In this document: in pieces, positions 47,672-57,589 of the stretch
Layout: the number at the start of each line of letters is the position of its first letter
How positions within the stretch are numbered: the first letter of the stretch is position 1
Assembly (NCBI GenBank): GCA_963794065.1
Contig: CAWCDA010000042.1
Coordinates: forward strand, 143,861-207,860
From: an uncultured Actinomycetes bacterium
GTDB lineage: Bacteria > Actinomycetota > UBA4738 > HRBIN12
Reading direction: 5' to 3'
DNA: 64,000 nt
Notes under the pieces: model-generated
What the model saw: only the letters and a program-made list of their open reading frames with translations
Databases searched by the model: none
Told to the model about the DNA's origin: nothing
Program-made: the position numbers and the translations under genes

Positions 47672-47731
47672 GGCTCTTCCTTCCTTTCGAGTCCCGGTCG
47701 GTCCGCCGGCCGGGATGAGGGGCGGAGCATA

Positions 47732-47765
47732 GGGCACCCGTTCCGACAGGAGGTAGCGGGTGCCC
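47732..47765 (-). other. intercistronic stem-loop (9-bp perfect stem) between the reductase and aminotransferase genes
   Basis: GGGCACCCG (47732-47740), a 16-nt loop, then CGGGTGCCC (47757-47765). No U-tract follows. Function unknown (attenuator, processing or stability element). Confidence 0.3.
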
Positions 47766-47822
47766 TTGAACGCCGGTCAGTGGTCGGCGGTCATCCCGTG
47801 TTCTGCAGCCCCGTCGCCACCG

Positions 47823-48803
47823 CTACACGAACGCTTCGGGATTGAGGAGCGTGGGCGGTCGGGCGCCGTCGAGCGCTGCGAAGACGTTGTCGACCGCGAG
47901 GTTGCCCATCGCCTCGCGCGTATCGATCGTCGCGCTGCCCAGATGGGGGATCACGACCGCGCGCTCCAGCTCCAACAGCTTGGCGGTGACCTCCGGCTCC
48001 CGCTCGAAGACGTCGAGGCCGGCGGCGAACAGTTCCCCGGCCTCCAGCGCATCGGCGAGTGCGGCCTCGTCCACGACCGGCCCGCGCGACGTGTTGACGA
48101 GCACGGCGTTCGGCTTCATCCGGCGGAACTCCTCGGCGCTGAACAGGTGGCGTGTCTCGGGCGTGAGGTTGGTGTGGATCGAGATGAAGTCCGCCACCGA
48201 GAGCAGCTCGTCGAGCTCGACCCGGCGCGCGGCGGTCTCGGCCTCGACCTCCGCGGGCAGCGCCACTGCGTCGCTGTACAGGACGGTCATACCGAACCCC
48301 TTCGCCCGGCGAGCGACCGCCTGCCCGATCCGCCCGAAGCCGACGATGCCGATCGTCTTGTGATGGACGTCCTGGCCCAGCATCATCAATGGACCCCAGA
48401 TCCACGGCGTCCGGGCACGCAGGAGGCGTTCGCCTTCGCCGATCCGCCGAGCGCCCGCCAACAGGAGGGCGAACGCCGTGTCGGCCGTGGTCTCCGTCAA
48501 CACGTCGGGTGTATTGCTGGCGAGCACCCCCGCGTCGGTGCACGCGGCGATGTCGACGTTGTCGAACCCGACCGCGTGGTTCGCCACGATCCTCAGCTGC
48601 GGCCCGGCGGCGCCGAGCAACTCCGCATCGACGCGCTCGGTGAGCATCGTGATCAACGCGTCGCGGCCCGCAACGACCCGCAAGAGTTCATCGCGCGGGA
48701 TCCCGAACTCGTTCTCGTGCACGGTCACGTCGCATCGCTCTCGCAGACGAGCGAGCGGCTCATCCATGATCGGGCGGGTCACCAGCACGTTCGGTCGACT
48801 CAC
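47823..48803 (-). CDS. D-isomer-specific 2-hydroxyacid dehydrogenase (glyoxylate/hydroxypyruvate reductase type)
   Basis: GTG 48803 (GAGGAG 8 nt upstream) starts VSRPNVLVTRPIMDEPLARL.... NAD motif IGIVGFGRIGQAVARRA. Catalytic R/E/H contexts NTSRGPVVDE and VIPHLGSAT. The upstream part of ORF 47823..49115 is Arg-rich read-through. Confidence 0.8.
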   Translation of the reverse strand: MSRPNVLVTRPIMDEPLARLRERCDVTVHENEFGIPRDELLRVVAGRDALITMLTERVDAELLGAAGPQLRIVANHAVGFDNVDIAACTDAGVLASNTPDVLTETTADTAFALLLAGARRIGEGERLLRARTPWIWGPLMMLGQDVHHKTIGIVGFGRIGQAVARRAKGFGMTVLYSDAVALPAEVEAETAARRVELDELLSVADFISIHTNLTPETRHLFSAEEFRRMKPNAVLVNTSRGPVVDEAALADALEAGELFAAGLDVFEREPEVTAKLLELERAVVIPHLGSATIDTREAMGNLAVDNVFAALDGARPPTLLNPEAFV

Positions 48804-48895
48804 GGGTTTCGCTCCTCGCGACAGGGAAACGCGGAGCTTGGCACGGGGAGGCAGGCGAGCGGTAGTCACGGTCACCGGCCGGCGGTCATGCGACG

Positions 48896-49411
48896 ATGAC
48901 GCTCGTGACCTGGCATGTGGAGACCGAACGGCTGCGGCTGCGGCCGATGTCGCTTGACGACCTCGACGCGTTCGCCGCGGTCGTGGGCGACCCCGAGTCG
49001 ATGCGCTTCTACCCTCGGCCGTTCGACCGGTCGATGGCTCGCGCGTGGATCGAACGGGTCGGGGAACGGTACGAACGCGACGGGTTCGGACTCCTCGCGG
49101 TGGTCGAGCGCGCAACCGGCGACATGATCGGCGACTGCGGACCGATGCTGCAGGAAACCGGCCACGGGTCGTTCGTCGAACTCGGATGGCACATCCGTCG
49201 CGACCGACAGGGCTTGGGGTTCGCGACCGAGGCGGGCGCCGCGTGTCGCGATCGAGCGTGGGCCGAGCTCGACACCGACCGACTGATCAGCATCATCCGA
49301 CCGGAGAACGTACCGAGTTGGTCGGTCGCCCGCGCCCTCGGATTCCGGCCGTGGCGCGGCGACGTCCGCGCCGGCATGGCGCACATCCTGTGGACGATCG
49401 AACGCCCCTGA
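48896..49411 (+). CDS. GNAT-family N-acetyltransferase (RimJ/RimL-like)
   Basis: 171-aa ORF: ETERLRLRPMSLDDLDAF...RRDRQGLGFATEAGAA (acetyl-CoA Q/RxxGxG/A motif). Confidence 0.8.
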   Translation: MTLVTWHVETERLRLRPMSLDDLDAFAAVVGDPESMRFYPRPFDRSMARAWIERVGERYERDGFGLLAVVERATGDMIGDCGPMLQETGHGSFVELGWHIRRDRQGLGFATEAGAACRDRAWAELDTDRLISIIRPENVPSWSVARALGFRPWRGDVRAGMAHILWTIERP

Positions 49412-49414
49412 ACG

Positions 49415-49923
49415 TCAGTCGACGATGTCGATTCGTTCGATCACAACGTCGTCCACCGGGCGATCGTTCCCTCCGGTGGCGAGACCCGCGATCGACTCCA
49501 CGACGTCGTAGCCCTCGGTCACCTGGCCGAAGATGGTGTGCCGGCCGTTGAGCCACGGCGTCTCCGCCACCGTCACGAAGAACTGGCAGCCGTTCGTTCC
49601 GGGGCCCGCATTTGCCATCGCCAACCGGCCCACCTGGTTGAACGTTGGTCCGTCCGCCGGGCACTCGTCGTCGAACGTGTAGCCCGGCCCGCCGGATCCG
49701 TGCCGGTCGGGTCGCCGCCCTGGATCATGAAGCCGCCGATCACGCGATGGAACACCGTCCCCGGGTAGAGCGCGCCCGTCTGTGCCGATCCATCACGCGG
49801 GTCGGTCCAAGGCTTCGCACCGGTCGCAAGCCCGACGAAGTTCTCGACGGTCTTTGGAGCGTGGTCGGGCATGAGCGACACGGTGAACGTGCCCTTGTTG
49901 GTGACGAACGTGGCGTTCGGCAT
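49415..49923 (-). CDS. cyclophilin-type peptidyl-prolyl cis-trans isomerase with an apparent 1-nt deletion near 49695
   Basis: [32 protein letters not shown]...[18 protein letters not shown]. Restoring one G (ACGGATCC to ACGGGATCC) continues it as [41 protein letters not shown].... Confidence 0.85.
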
Positions 49924-50018
49924 GGATGACTCCTCTCCTCCGAGGCTGTCAGCCTACGGGTTCGCGTCGGCGACGTCGGGTCGTTGCTGGCGACCCCGTG
50001 CGCACCTACGCTGCCGGC

Positions 50019-51170
50019 GTGTCCACGGCTTCTGTGCTCACACCCGCTCGTCGCCTCGGGACCCCCGAGTTGTTGCCACTGTCGCTGATCGTGCTGATGT
50101 GGGCGGTCATGCTCGTGTGGATGCCGGCAGACGCTCTGCGCGGGGACGTCCTGCGGTTCTGGGAAATCGCGCATGCAGGGGGTCGACCCTACGTCGACTT
50201 CCCCGTCGAGTACCCGCCTCTCGAGACTTTCGTCGTCGTACTCGTCGGCCGCGGATCCGTGACGGCGATCGCGTACAAACTCGCGATCATCAACGGGGTA
50301 TCGACCCTGGCGTGTTGGTGGCTCCTTCGGCGGCACTGGTCCGTGAAGGTGTCGACGCTGTTCGTGTGGTTCGCGTTGCCACTCCAAGTCTTCATGCCGT
50401 TCCGGATCGACGCGCTCGTCCTCGTTGCCGTGATCGGCGCGGTCGTGTTGGCCGATCGAGACCGGGAGCTCGTGGCCGGCGTGTTGATGGCAGCCTCGAT
50501 CCTCTTCAAGCTCTGGCCTATCGTGATCCTGCCGGTGTTCGCGATCCGCGCGCAGCGGCGCACGGTCTTCGTCACCGTCGCGGCCTGCGTCATCGGGGCG
50601 GCTGTGTGGGTGGGAGCAAGCAGCGTCGACGCCGTGCACCAGGTGGTGTCCTATCGGGACGCGACGGGGTGGCAGATCGAGAGCGTGTTCGGGATCGTCG
50701 TCAACGCCGTATCCGATGCGCAGCCTCGGATCGAGGCGGGAGCGTCCCGGATCGGGGTCATGGCACCCTGGGAGGTCACGGCGGCTCGTCTGCTGACACT
50801 TCTGCTCGTGTCGGCCGCTTGGATACTCGCCGTCAAGCGGCGGTCCGACTCGATGGGCGCGCCGTCGCTCGCTGCGCTTGCATCGCTCATCTTGTTATCG
50901 CCCGTCGCGTCACCTCAGTACGTCGTCTGGCTGCTGCCGTTCGCAGCGATCACGGCTGCACACCGGCGAGAGTCGGATGTGCGGATCCTCATGATCGGTG
51001 CGGGCGTATTCGCGTCCGCCGTGTTCTCGGTGTACTGGGGCTTCCGCGACTTGTTCGTGCTGCAGGTGATCGCCACCGGGCGCGCGCTCTGCCTCCTGGG
51101 GCTGGTCGTTGTCGGCTTCGCTGAGTCATACCGGGGCGGGATCCCGAAGACCGTTGAGGGCGCCGGGTAG
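50019..51170 (+). CDS. GT87/DUF2029-family polytopic membrane glycosyltransferase (start uncertain: 49926, 50019 or 50097)
   Basis: The PYVDFPVEYPPL, LFKLWPIVILP and SPQYVVWLLPF motifs are characteristic of DUF2029 mannosyltransferase-like proteins. More than 9 TM segments. Confidence 0.65.
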   Translation: MSTASVLTPARRLGTPELLPLSLIVLMWAVMLVWMPADALRGDVLRFWEIAHAGGRPYVDFPVEYPPLETFVVVLVGRGSVTAIAYKLAIINGVSTLACWWLLRRHWSVKVSTLFVWFALPLQVFMPFRIDALVLVAVIGAVVLADRDRELVAGVLMAASILFKLWPIVILPVFAIRAQRRTVFVTVAACVIGAAVWVGASSVDAVHQVVSYRDATGWQIESVFGIVVNAVSDAQPRIEAGASRIGVMAPWEVTAARLLTLLLVSAAWILAVKRRSDSMGAPSLAALASLILLSPVASPQYVVWLLPFAAITAAHRRESDVRILMIGAGVFASAVFSVYWGFRDLFVLQVIATGRALCLLGLVVVGFAESYRGGIPKTVEGAG

Positions 51171-52355
51171 GCGGGCGCTGACACCATCGGTTGGCATCGG
51201 ATCGCGCATCCACTCCGCCACGCAGCGCAGCAACAGGAGTGCCCGGATGATGATGATGATCGAGAGCACGCCGTACGAAGGGCCTGCACCACCTCCGAGC
51301 GTCTCGAAGAAGAGGAACCGAACCATGAACTCCAACACCTCAGCAAGCTGATACTCGACGAACGTGATGGTGCGTACCCGCGTCATGGCGAACCACGGCA
51401 GGAGCCACAGCGAGTACTGCGGCGACCAGACCTTGCTCGTCATGAGGAGCATCGCAAGGAGCGGGAAGGTGAGCATCCAACGGGGGACGTCGGGAGCACG
51501 ATGCGTCACGCGACGCCAGATCCAAGCGGTGACCGCCGCCGCGATCAGCAGCGAGGCGATGTTGACGACGCGCGTCGGCACGCAGAATGCCGCCCGGCAG
51601 AGGACCCACCAAAGGCTGTCGTAGTCGGGGAGCCGATCACCGCTGAATCGGAGGAAGACCATCCAGCCGTCGAATGCCATGATCGCGAAGGGGATGTTCG
51701 CCGCGAACCACGTGGCACCTGTGGCCAGCAGCAACCGGATCGCGCTGCCCTGATTCGATCGCCGCCGCTCCTCAGCGGCGGATGGAAGGGCGAGTAGCGC
51801 GGGGTACAGCTTCGCGGCGGCCCCGATCCCCCAGAGGATGCCGGCGAGCACGGGGCGGCGTCGCACGTAGGCGAGGAACCCGAGCGTCGCAAGCGCCACG
51901 GGAACGAGGTCCCAATTCACGGACCCCGCGAGCGCGAGTACCGGCGAGGCGGCGAACATGAGGGTCCGCCCTCCGAGCCGCTCCAGCGCCCACGTCGTCG
52001 CGAGGGCCGCGGCCAGCAACACCGTCATCGACCACCAGAAGAACGGCCCGTAGGGGTTGGAACCGTGCCCGGACACCCAGGCAACCGCGCGCATCAGATA
52101 CATGGTTCCAACCGGGTACTCGTCGCACGCGCGCGCCGATGGTGTGCATGGATCGAGATACGGCAATCGATCACCGAGGAGCTGCTCCCAGGAACGAAGG
52201 TTGACGATGTCCGAATCGCAGGACCAACGGATGGGTTGCCGATCCTCCACCCACGACACTGTCGCGCACGGGGCCTTCTGCGCCGCACCTACGAGGAAGA
52301 CGGCGGCGGTCGTCACCAACATGACGACCAGGTGGGAAGCGAGGACACGCCGCAC
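51126..52355 (-). CDS. GT87/DUF2029-family polytopic membrane glycosyltransferase (second copy; start uncertain)
   Basis: CDEYPVGTMYLMR, AAKLYPALLALP and SPQYSLWLLPWF motifs. Multiple TM segments. Its 3' end overlaps the convergent paralogue by 45 nt. GTG 52355 was chosen from ORF 51126..52556. Confidence 0.6.
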   Translation of the reverse strand: MRRVLASHLVVMLVTTAAVFLVGAAQKAPCATVSWVEDRQPIRWSCDSDIVNLRSWEQLLGDRLPYLDPCTPSARACDEYPVGTMYLMRAVAWVSGHGSNPYGPFFWWSMTVLLAAALATTWALERLGGRTLMFAASPVLALAGSVNWDLVPVALATLGFLAYVRRRPVLAGILWGIGAAAKLYPALLALPSAAEERRRSNQGSAIRLLLATGATWFAANIPFAIMAFDGWMVFLRFSGDRLPDYDSLWWVLCRAAFCVPTRVVNIASLLIAAAVTAWIWRRVTHRAPDVPRWMLTFPLLAMLLMTSKVWSPQYSLWLLPWFAMTRVRTITFVEYQLAEVLEFMVRFLFFETLGGGAGPSYGVLSIIIIIRALLLLRCVAEWMRDPMPTDGVSARLPGALNGLRDPAPV

Positions 52356-52421
52356 GCGGGCATCGTAGCCCTCGACCTCCTGCCTTCCGCTTATCTGGAG
52401 GCTTCGCTGCGTCGATGGATA

Positions 52422-53231
52422 ATGCCGGAGGTGGAGATCACGCTCGAGCGCAGACTTCGGCTTGCCCAGAATCCCGATGGCGGGTTCGGGAGCGTGCCCG
52501 GCGTTGCCTCGGAACCGGAACCGACAGCAATGGCCGCGCTCGCGCTTCGGGACCAACGTGCCGTGGACTGGCTCATCGATGCGCAGCGAACCGACGGGGC
52601 TTTCGGCATGCAGGCGGGGTCAGTTCTGTCCGACGACACCGCGGTCGTCTGTGTGGGATTGCCCACAGGAACGGCGCGTGAGCGCGCGCTCGATCATCTG
52701 GAGCGGATCGCCGGCGCGAACGCGGTGGCAGATCCGGGTGCGCCTCCCTACGGCTGGCCGTGGACGCAGGGTGCTCACGGATGGATCGAGCCGACCGCGT
52801 GGGGGATGTTGGCGCTCCGTGCCGGCCGCCCTCAGGCGGCCGCTCGTATCGCTGACGGACTGGCGGTGCTCCGCGATCAAGAGTGCGTTGGTGGAGGCTG
52901 GAACTACGGCACGAGAGAGGGGTTCGGCGTGGACCAGCCTCCCTTCGTGCAGACGACGGCGGTCGCCGTGCTGGCGGTCGCCGGTCTGGACGAGGCCCTC
53001 CGCAGGCGCGGACAAGTCGTCTTGGAGCGTCGGTGGCCGGTGGAAGAGGCCGGACTCCTGTCGGTGGCGAGCGCGGCCGCCTCGCTGGCTGCGCTGGGGT
53101 CTTCGCAAGCGGCCCACGCCAGGGAGGCGATGATCGCGACGGCCGAGCGCACGGTGGCCGCGGATACGGTCGCGCTCGCGTGGGCATCGCTGGCGGAGCA
53201 GGGTCGCGGCCCCGTTGAGGTGCACGGATGA
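52422..53231 (+). CDS. prenyltransferase / squalene-oxidase-repeat (alpha-alpha toroid) protein
   Basis: Met120 of ORF 52065..53231. It has repeats QNPDGGFG, AQRTDGAFG and DQECVGGGWNYG, typical of terpene-cyclase/prenyltransferase beta-subunit repeats. Confidence 0.65.
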   Translation: MPEVEITLERRLRLAQNPDGGFGSVPGVASEPEPTAMAALALRDQRAVDWLIDAQRTDGAFGMQAGSVLSDDTAVVCVGLPTGTARERALDHLERIAGANAVADPGAPPYGWPWTQGAHGWIEPTAWGMLALRAGRPQAAARIADGLAVLRDQECVGGGWNYGTREGFGVDQPPFVQTTAVAVLAVAGLDEALRRRGQVVLERRWPVEEAGLLSVASAAASLAALGSSQAAHAREAMIATAERTVAADTVALAWASLAEQGRGPVEVHG

Positions 53232-54268
53232 GCGAGCGGGAGTTCTCACACAAGCACGCCGTCCCGCGACGTACCTTCCTTCGAGGTGCGGCGGCGGTGG
53301 GCGCGTTCGCAGCGGCCGGGGCCATCGGCGTCCGACTGCGTCAACCGGCGGAACCCGAGCCGTGGGATCACGCCGTCTTCTCGCCACCCGGGGGTGCGCG
53401 GGTCTCTGTGCTTCGGGCGCCGACGTACGAGGGCGACCTGTCCGGCATCGTCCTGGATGGCTTGCGATCGATCGGTGCCGATGTGCGAGGTGCCTCGGTC
53501 CTGCTCAAACCGAACATGGTGGAGTTCGACCGTGGCGCGGCGATCAACACGGACCCCAGGCTGATCGCCGCCGCGGTCGTTGCGTTTCGACGATTGGGCG
53601 CGAGGCGCGTCGTCGTCGGCGAGGCGCCGGGCCACCGTCGAGACACCGGCTATCTCGTTCGGGCGTCGGGTCTGGCCGAATCATTGGCGGAGGTCGACAC
53701 GTCGTTCGTCGACATGAACGTCTCCGCCGCGTCGGAGGTCCCGCTCCACAGCTCCTACACGAAGCTGGGGTCGCTCTGGTTGCCCGACGCGATCACGGAT
53801 GCCGACGTCGTGGTGTCGATGCCCAAGATGAAGACCCACCATTGGGCGGGCGTCACCCTCTCGCTCAAGAACTGCTTCGGCTGTCTACCGGGCCGTGTCT
53901 ACGGATGGCCGAAGAACGCGCTGCATTGGCAGGGGATCGACGGGTCGATCCTCGACATCGCCGGCGTCGTAAGGCCGGCGTACGCGATCGTCGATGGCAT
54001 CGTGGCGATGGAGGGAAACGGACCGATCGACGGCACACCGAAGCCCGTTGGTCTTGTCGTTGTGGGGGACGACCCGGTCGCGGTTGACGCCACCACAGCC
54101 ACGCTGATGGGCTTCGACCCTCGCGGGATCGCCCACATCGCCGAGGCCGGTCGCTACCTCGGGCAGGCGGACCTGGCTCGGATCGAACAGCGGGGGGAGG
54201 ACGTCACCTCGTCCGTCAACGCGTTCGCGCCCGCCCCCGGTTTCGACGGGCTGCCCGTCGCTCAGTAG
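53228..54268 (+). CDS. Tat-signal DUF362-domain protein
   Basis: The ATG overlaps the upstream stop (ATGA). Twin-arginine signal VPRRTFLRGAAAVGAFAAAGA. DUF362-like motifs LLKPNMVE, KMKTHHWAGVTLSLKNCFG and DGIVAMEGNGP. Confidence 0.7.
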   Translation: MSEREFSHKHAVPRRTFLRGAAAVGAFAAAGAIGVRLRQPAEPEPWDHAVFSPPGGARVSVLRAPTYEGDLSGIVLDGLRSIGADVRGASVLLKPNMVEFDRGAAINTDPRLIAAAVVAFRRLGARRVVVGEAPGHRRDTGYLVRASGLAESLAEVDTSFVDMNVSAASEVPLHSSYTKLGSLWLPDAITDADVVVSMPKMKTHHWAGVTLSLKNCFGCLPGRVYGWPKNALHWQGIDGSILDIAGVVRPAYAIVDGIVAMEGNGPIDGTPKPVGLVVVGDDPVAVDATTATLMGFDPRGIAHIAEAGRYLGQADLARIEQRGEDVTSSVNAFAPAPGFDGLPVAQ

Positions 54269-55467
54269 ATGTGTCGATAGTGCATGAACAGCAGCGCGTG
54301 CCAGAGCGCCGCTGGGATCGAAATGATCAGCCAGGTTGCCAGCACCGCCGGCCGTCTGGTCCAGCGCGCCATGCCCCAGAACGCCGGAAACGCGACGAGC
54401 GCGAAACGTGACATCGAGGTCAGATCTCGCCCCGGATAGGGGAAGCACAACGGAACGGCCAGTGCGAGCGCTCCAAACAGCACCAAGCTCGGCGCCGCCC
54501 GTCGCCAGATCGCGATCAACCCGCCGATCGCGATGCAGGAAAGCACCGCGTCCGAGATCCAGTAGCCGCCGTCGGGAGCACCGACCACGTGGATCGCCTG
54601 GTAGAGGCCGCGCGCGAGGGTGACAAAGGGGAACTGGATCGTCCGCTTCCAGTGAGCCTGCACTTCGAGTGGCCGCAGCGCATCCCCCGCGTGCACCTGC
54701 CACCACCCGAGATAGAGGAGCGTCCCGACCACCACGAGCGCCGCGGCGATGAGGCCGCGGGTGCGTCCGCGTCCGGGCGGGCGTTTCCACGCCTCCCATG
54801 CGAGGGAGGGGGCGAGGATAAGACCGATCGACCTGGTCGCGGCGGCGGCGATCCCGGCCGCGGCGCCTGTTGCCCAGCGATTCGATCGAGCCGCCGCGAG
54901 TGCGACGACGGCCAAGAGCAGGAAGAGCGATTCACTGTAGGGCGCGAAGAGGAAGAAGGACGTGGGGAAGGCGAGGAGCAACACGGTCGTCCGTCGGGCA
55001 TCGCTTTCCGACAGCTCTCGTGTCGTCAGCACGTACAGCAGCACAAGCGCAAGCAGCAGCGCGAGATTCGAGATCAGCGCTGCGGCCGCAAACGTGCCAA
55101 GGCCTGGGATCGCAGACACGCCCCGTATCAGGACGGGATACAGCGGGAAGAAGGCAGCCGCGTTCCGATCGAAGTCATAGCCGCGATCCGCGATCGTTTC
55201 GAACCAGGCAGCGTCGAGCCGATCGGTCCCGTCCCACAGGTTGTGCCAACCTGCGGTCACGGGCGCCGATGTGCCCGGATCGAGGGGCAGCGGATTCGTG
55301 GTCAACGATCCGACCGCGAGTCCAAGGAGGCTCACCGCAAGTCGCGCGATCACGAAGGCGACGGCGCAGAAGCGCACCGCGCGTCGGGTGAGGTCGGCCG
55401 GACCGAGGAGTGTGCCAGCATGCTGCCGGGATCGATCGACTGTTTGTTGCACGCCTGTGTGTATCAC
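54262..55467 (-). CDS. PIG-V-like (GT76-type) membrane mannosyltransferase (start uncertain: 55467 or 55452)
   Basis: WDGTDRLDAAWFETIADRGYDFDRNAAAFFPLYPVLIRGV matches the PIG-V family signature as I recall it. About 9 TM segments. Confidence 0.6.
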   Translation of the reverse strand: MIHTGVQQTVDRSRQHAGTLLGPADLTRRAVRFCAVAFVIARLAVSLLGLAVGSLTTNPLPLDPGTSAPVTAGWHNLWDGTDRLDAAWFETIADRGYDFDRNAAAFFPLYPVLIRGVSAIPGLGTFAAAALISNLALLLALVLLYVLTTRELSESDARRTTVLLLAFPTSFFLFAPYSESLFLLLAVVALAAARSNRWATGAAAGIAAAATRSIGLILAPSLAWEAWKRPPGRGRTRGLIAAALVVVGTLLYLGWWQVHAGDALRPLEVQAHWKRTIQFPFVTLARGLYQAIHVVGAPDGGYWISDAVLSCIAIGGLIAIWRRAAPSLVLFGALALAVPLCFPYPGRDLTSMSRFALVAFPAFWGMARWTRRPAVLATWLIISIPAALWHALLFMHYRHIY

Positions 55468-55480
55468 GGCGCCCTGCGGA

Positions 55481-57532
55481 TCACGTGCTCGAGATGAGAT
55501 CCGCGAGATCGGAGGCCGACATGACCGGGCGATCGCAGACGAAGCCGCGACACACGTACGCCGTCGCAACACCGGCGATGGCCTTCCTGCCTTCGAGGAG
55601 CGGCACGCGGACGTCGCCGTCATCCGCGGACCCGTCAGCGAGCGCAACGACCGCGTTGGGTAGCAGACGAGCGCTCACGACCTCTCGAAGCAAGGCACGG
55701 AACCCCTCGTCGTCTCGGTGCCCGACGATCGCGATCTCGTATAGGGGACCGCGCAGCAGATCGGCGACACACAGTGTCTGGCCGAACGCCGCTGGAGCGC
55801 GTTCTGCGAGCTTGAGCACGGATCCGATCGCGCTCATCGCAACCTGGGTGTATCGGTGTTCGCCGGTGAGCGCGCCGAGACGTGCAAGCAATTCGGCCGC
55901 GGCCGCGTTCCCGCTGGGTACGGCGTCGTCCGCAAGGTCCTTGGCCCTCGTCAGCAGCGCGGGCGCATCGGCGCCGGTCTGGAAGAATCCTGCGCCTTCG
56001 CGATCGGCGAAGAGCTCGAGCAGCTGGTCTGCGAGCCATCGCGCTCGCTCGAACCACACGACCTCTCCGGTGGCCCGATAGAGCGCTTCGAACGCAAGAC
56101 CCAGGGCCGCGTGGTCATCCGCGAAGGCGAGGACGTCGGCCACGCCTGCCCGCCAGACGCGTAGGAGCCGACCGTCGCCCCGACGAAGATTGGCCCAGAG
56201 GAAGGTCGCACATCCCGCCGCGGCTTCGAGCCACCGGCGTTGGTCAAAGGCGAGCCCCGCGACACAGAGCGAACGGATCGCCAACGCGTTCCAGGCTGTC
56301 AACACCTTGTCGTCGGTGGCGGGCGGAACCCGGTCGTTCCGGATCGCGCGCAAGATCGGTCGGGCGTTCACCACGGCGCGCTCGAGGTCTCGCGTGGAGA
56401 GGTCATGCCGCCGCGCCACGGTGGCGAGCGGTTCGGGCCGCCACAAGACGTTCGTGCCCTCCCAGTTGCCGGCGGCAGTCGCCCCGAGGGCGTCGGCAAC
56501 GGGCGCGCCCACGGCGGCGGTCAACTCGTCCCAGGTCCACGTGGCGAAGCGGCCCTCGACCCCTTCGCTGTCCGCGTCCTGGGAGGTCGCGAACCCGCCG
56601 TCGGGCAGCCGCATGTCACCGAGCAGGTACTCCGCCACACCGGCCGCGACGTCGCGGTACCGGACCTCTCTGGTCAGTAGCCAAGCCTCCGCGTACACCT
56701 GGAGCAGGAGCGCGTTGTCCGAGAGCATCTTCTCGAAGTGGGGCACGTGCCATCGATCGTCGGTGCTGTAGCGCGCGAACCCGCCATCGACGTGATCGTG
56801 GATCCCGCCGTTGGCCATGCCGTCGAGCGCGCGACGAGCGATGGCTTCCGCGTCCGCCCGTCCACGAAGTGCCTGGCGAAGCAACCAAGACACGATCATC
56901 GGTTGGGGAAACTTCGGGGCTCCCAGGCTGCCGCCCCATCTCGGATCGCTTTGGTCCTCGAGCGCCCGGAACGGTCGGTCTCCGTAGGAATCGGGGATCT
57001 CGTCTGCGTCCCCGAGCGGGATCGATCGAGAGATCGCCGCCGTCAGGCCTGATGCTTGCGCATCCACCTCTGTGCGCCGGTGTTCCCAGGCGTCGCTGAT
57101 CCCGGTCAATACCTGTCGGAACGACGGGAGACCGTGACGAGGCCGATCGGGGAAATAGGTGCCTCCATAGAACGGTTCCCCATCTGGGGTGAGGAACACC
57201 GACATCGGCCAACCGCCCGAACCGGTGAGCGCCTGGACCGCCTGCATGTAGATCGCATCGACGTCCGGTCGCTCCTCGCGATCCACCTTGACCGAGATGA
57301 ACCCTCGTAACAGCATCGAGGCGGTCTCGGCGTCTTCGAACGATTCCCGCTCCATCACGTGGCACCAATGGCAGGCCGCGTAGCCGATCGACAGGAAGAT
57401 CGGTTTGTCGCCCCTGCGGGCGGCTGTGAACGCCTCTTCGGACCACGGATACCAATCAACTGGATTGTGTGCGTGCTGGAGGAGATAGGGGCTGTTCGCA
57501 CGGATCAGCCTGTTGGGTTTCGTCGCGGTCAT
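55481..57532 (-). CDS. thioredoxin-domain protein of the DUF255/YyaL family (N-terminal thioredoxin fold plus six-hairpin glycosidase-like domain)
   Basis: Intact 683-aa [64 protein letters not shown]. Confidence 0.85.
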   Translation of the reverse strand: MTATKPNRLIRANSPYLLQHAHNPVDWYPWSEEAFTAARRGDKPIFLSIGYAACHWCHVMERESFEDAETASMLLRGFISVKVDREERPDVDAIYMQAVQALTGSGGWPMSVFLTPDGEPFYGGTYFPDRPRHGLPSFRQVLTGISDAWEHRRTEVDAQASGLTAAISRSIPLGDADEIPDSYGDRPFRALEDQSDPRWGGSLGAPKFPQPMIVSWLLRQALRGRADAEAIARRALDGMANGGIHDHVDGGFARYSTDDRWHVPHFEKMLSDNALLLQVYAEAWLLTREVRYRDVAAGVAEYLLGDMRLPDGGFATSQDADSEGVEGRFATWTWDELTAAVGAPVADALGATAAGNWEGTNVLWRPEPLATVARRHDLSTRDLERAVVNARPILRAIRNDRVPPATDDKVLTAWNALAIRSLCVAGLAFDQRRWLEAAAGCATFLWANLRRGDGRLLRVWRAGVADVLAFADDHAALGLAFEALYRATGEVVWFERARWLADQLLELFADREGAGFFQTGADAPALLTRAKDLADDAVPSGNAAAAELLARLGALTGEHRYTQVAMSAIGSVLKLAERAPAAFGQTLCVADLLRGPLYEIAIVGHRDDEGFRALLREVVSARLLPNAVVALADGSADDGDVRVPLLEGRKAIAGVATAYVCRGFVCDRPVMSASDLADLISST

Positions 57533-57589
57533 TCGACCCAGTGTCGGCCTTTAGGTCCCGAGGCACCAGTGCCGATGCTCTGGTGAGGA

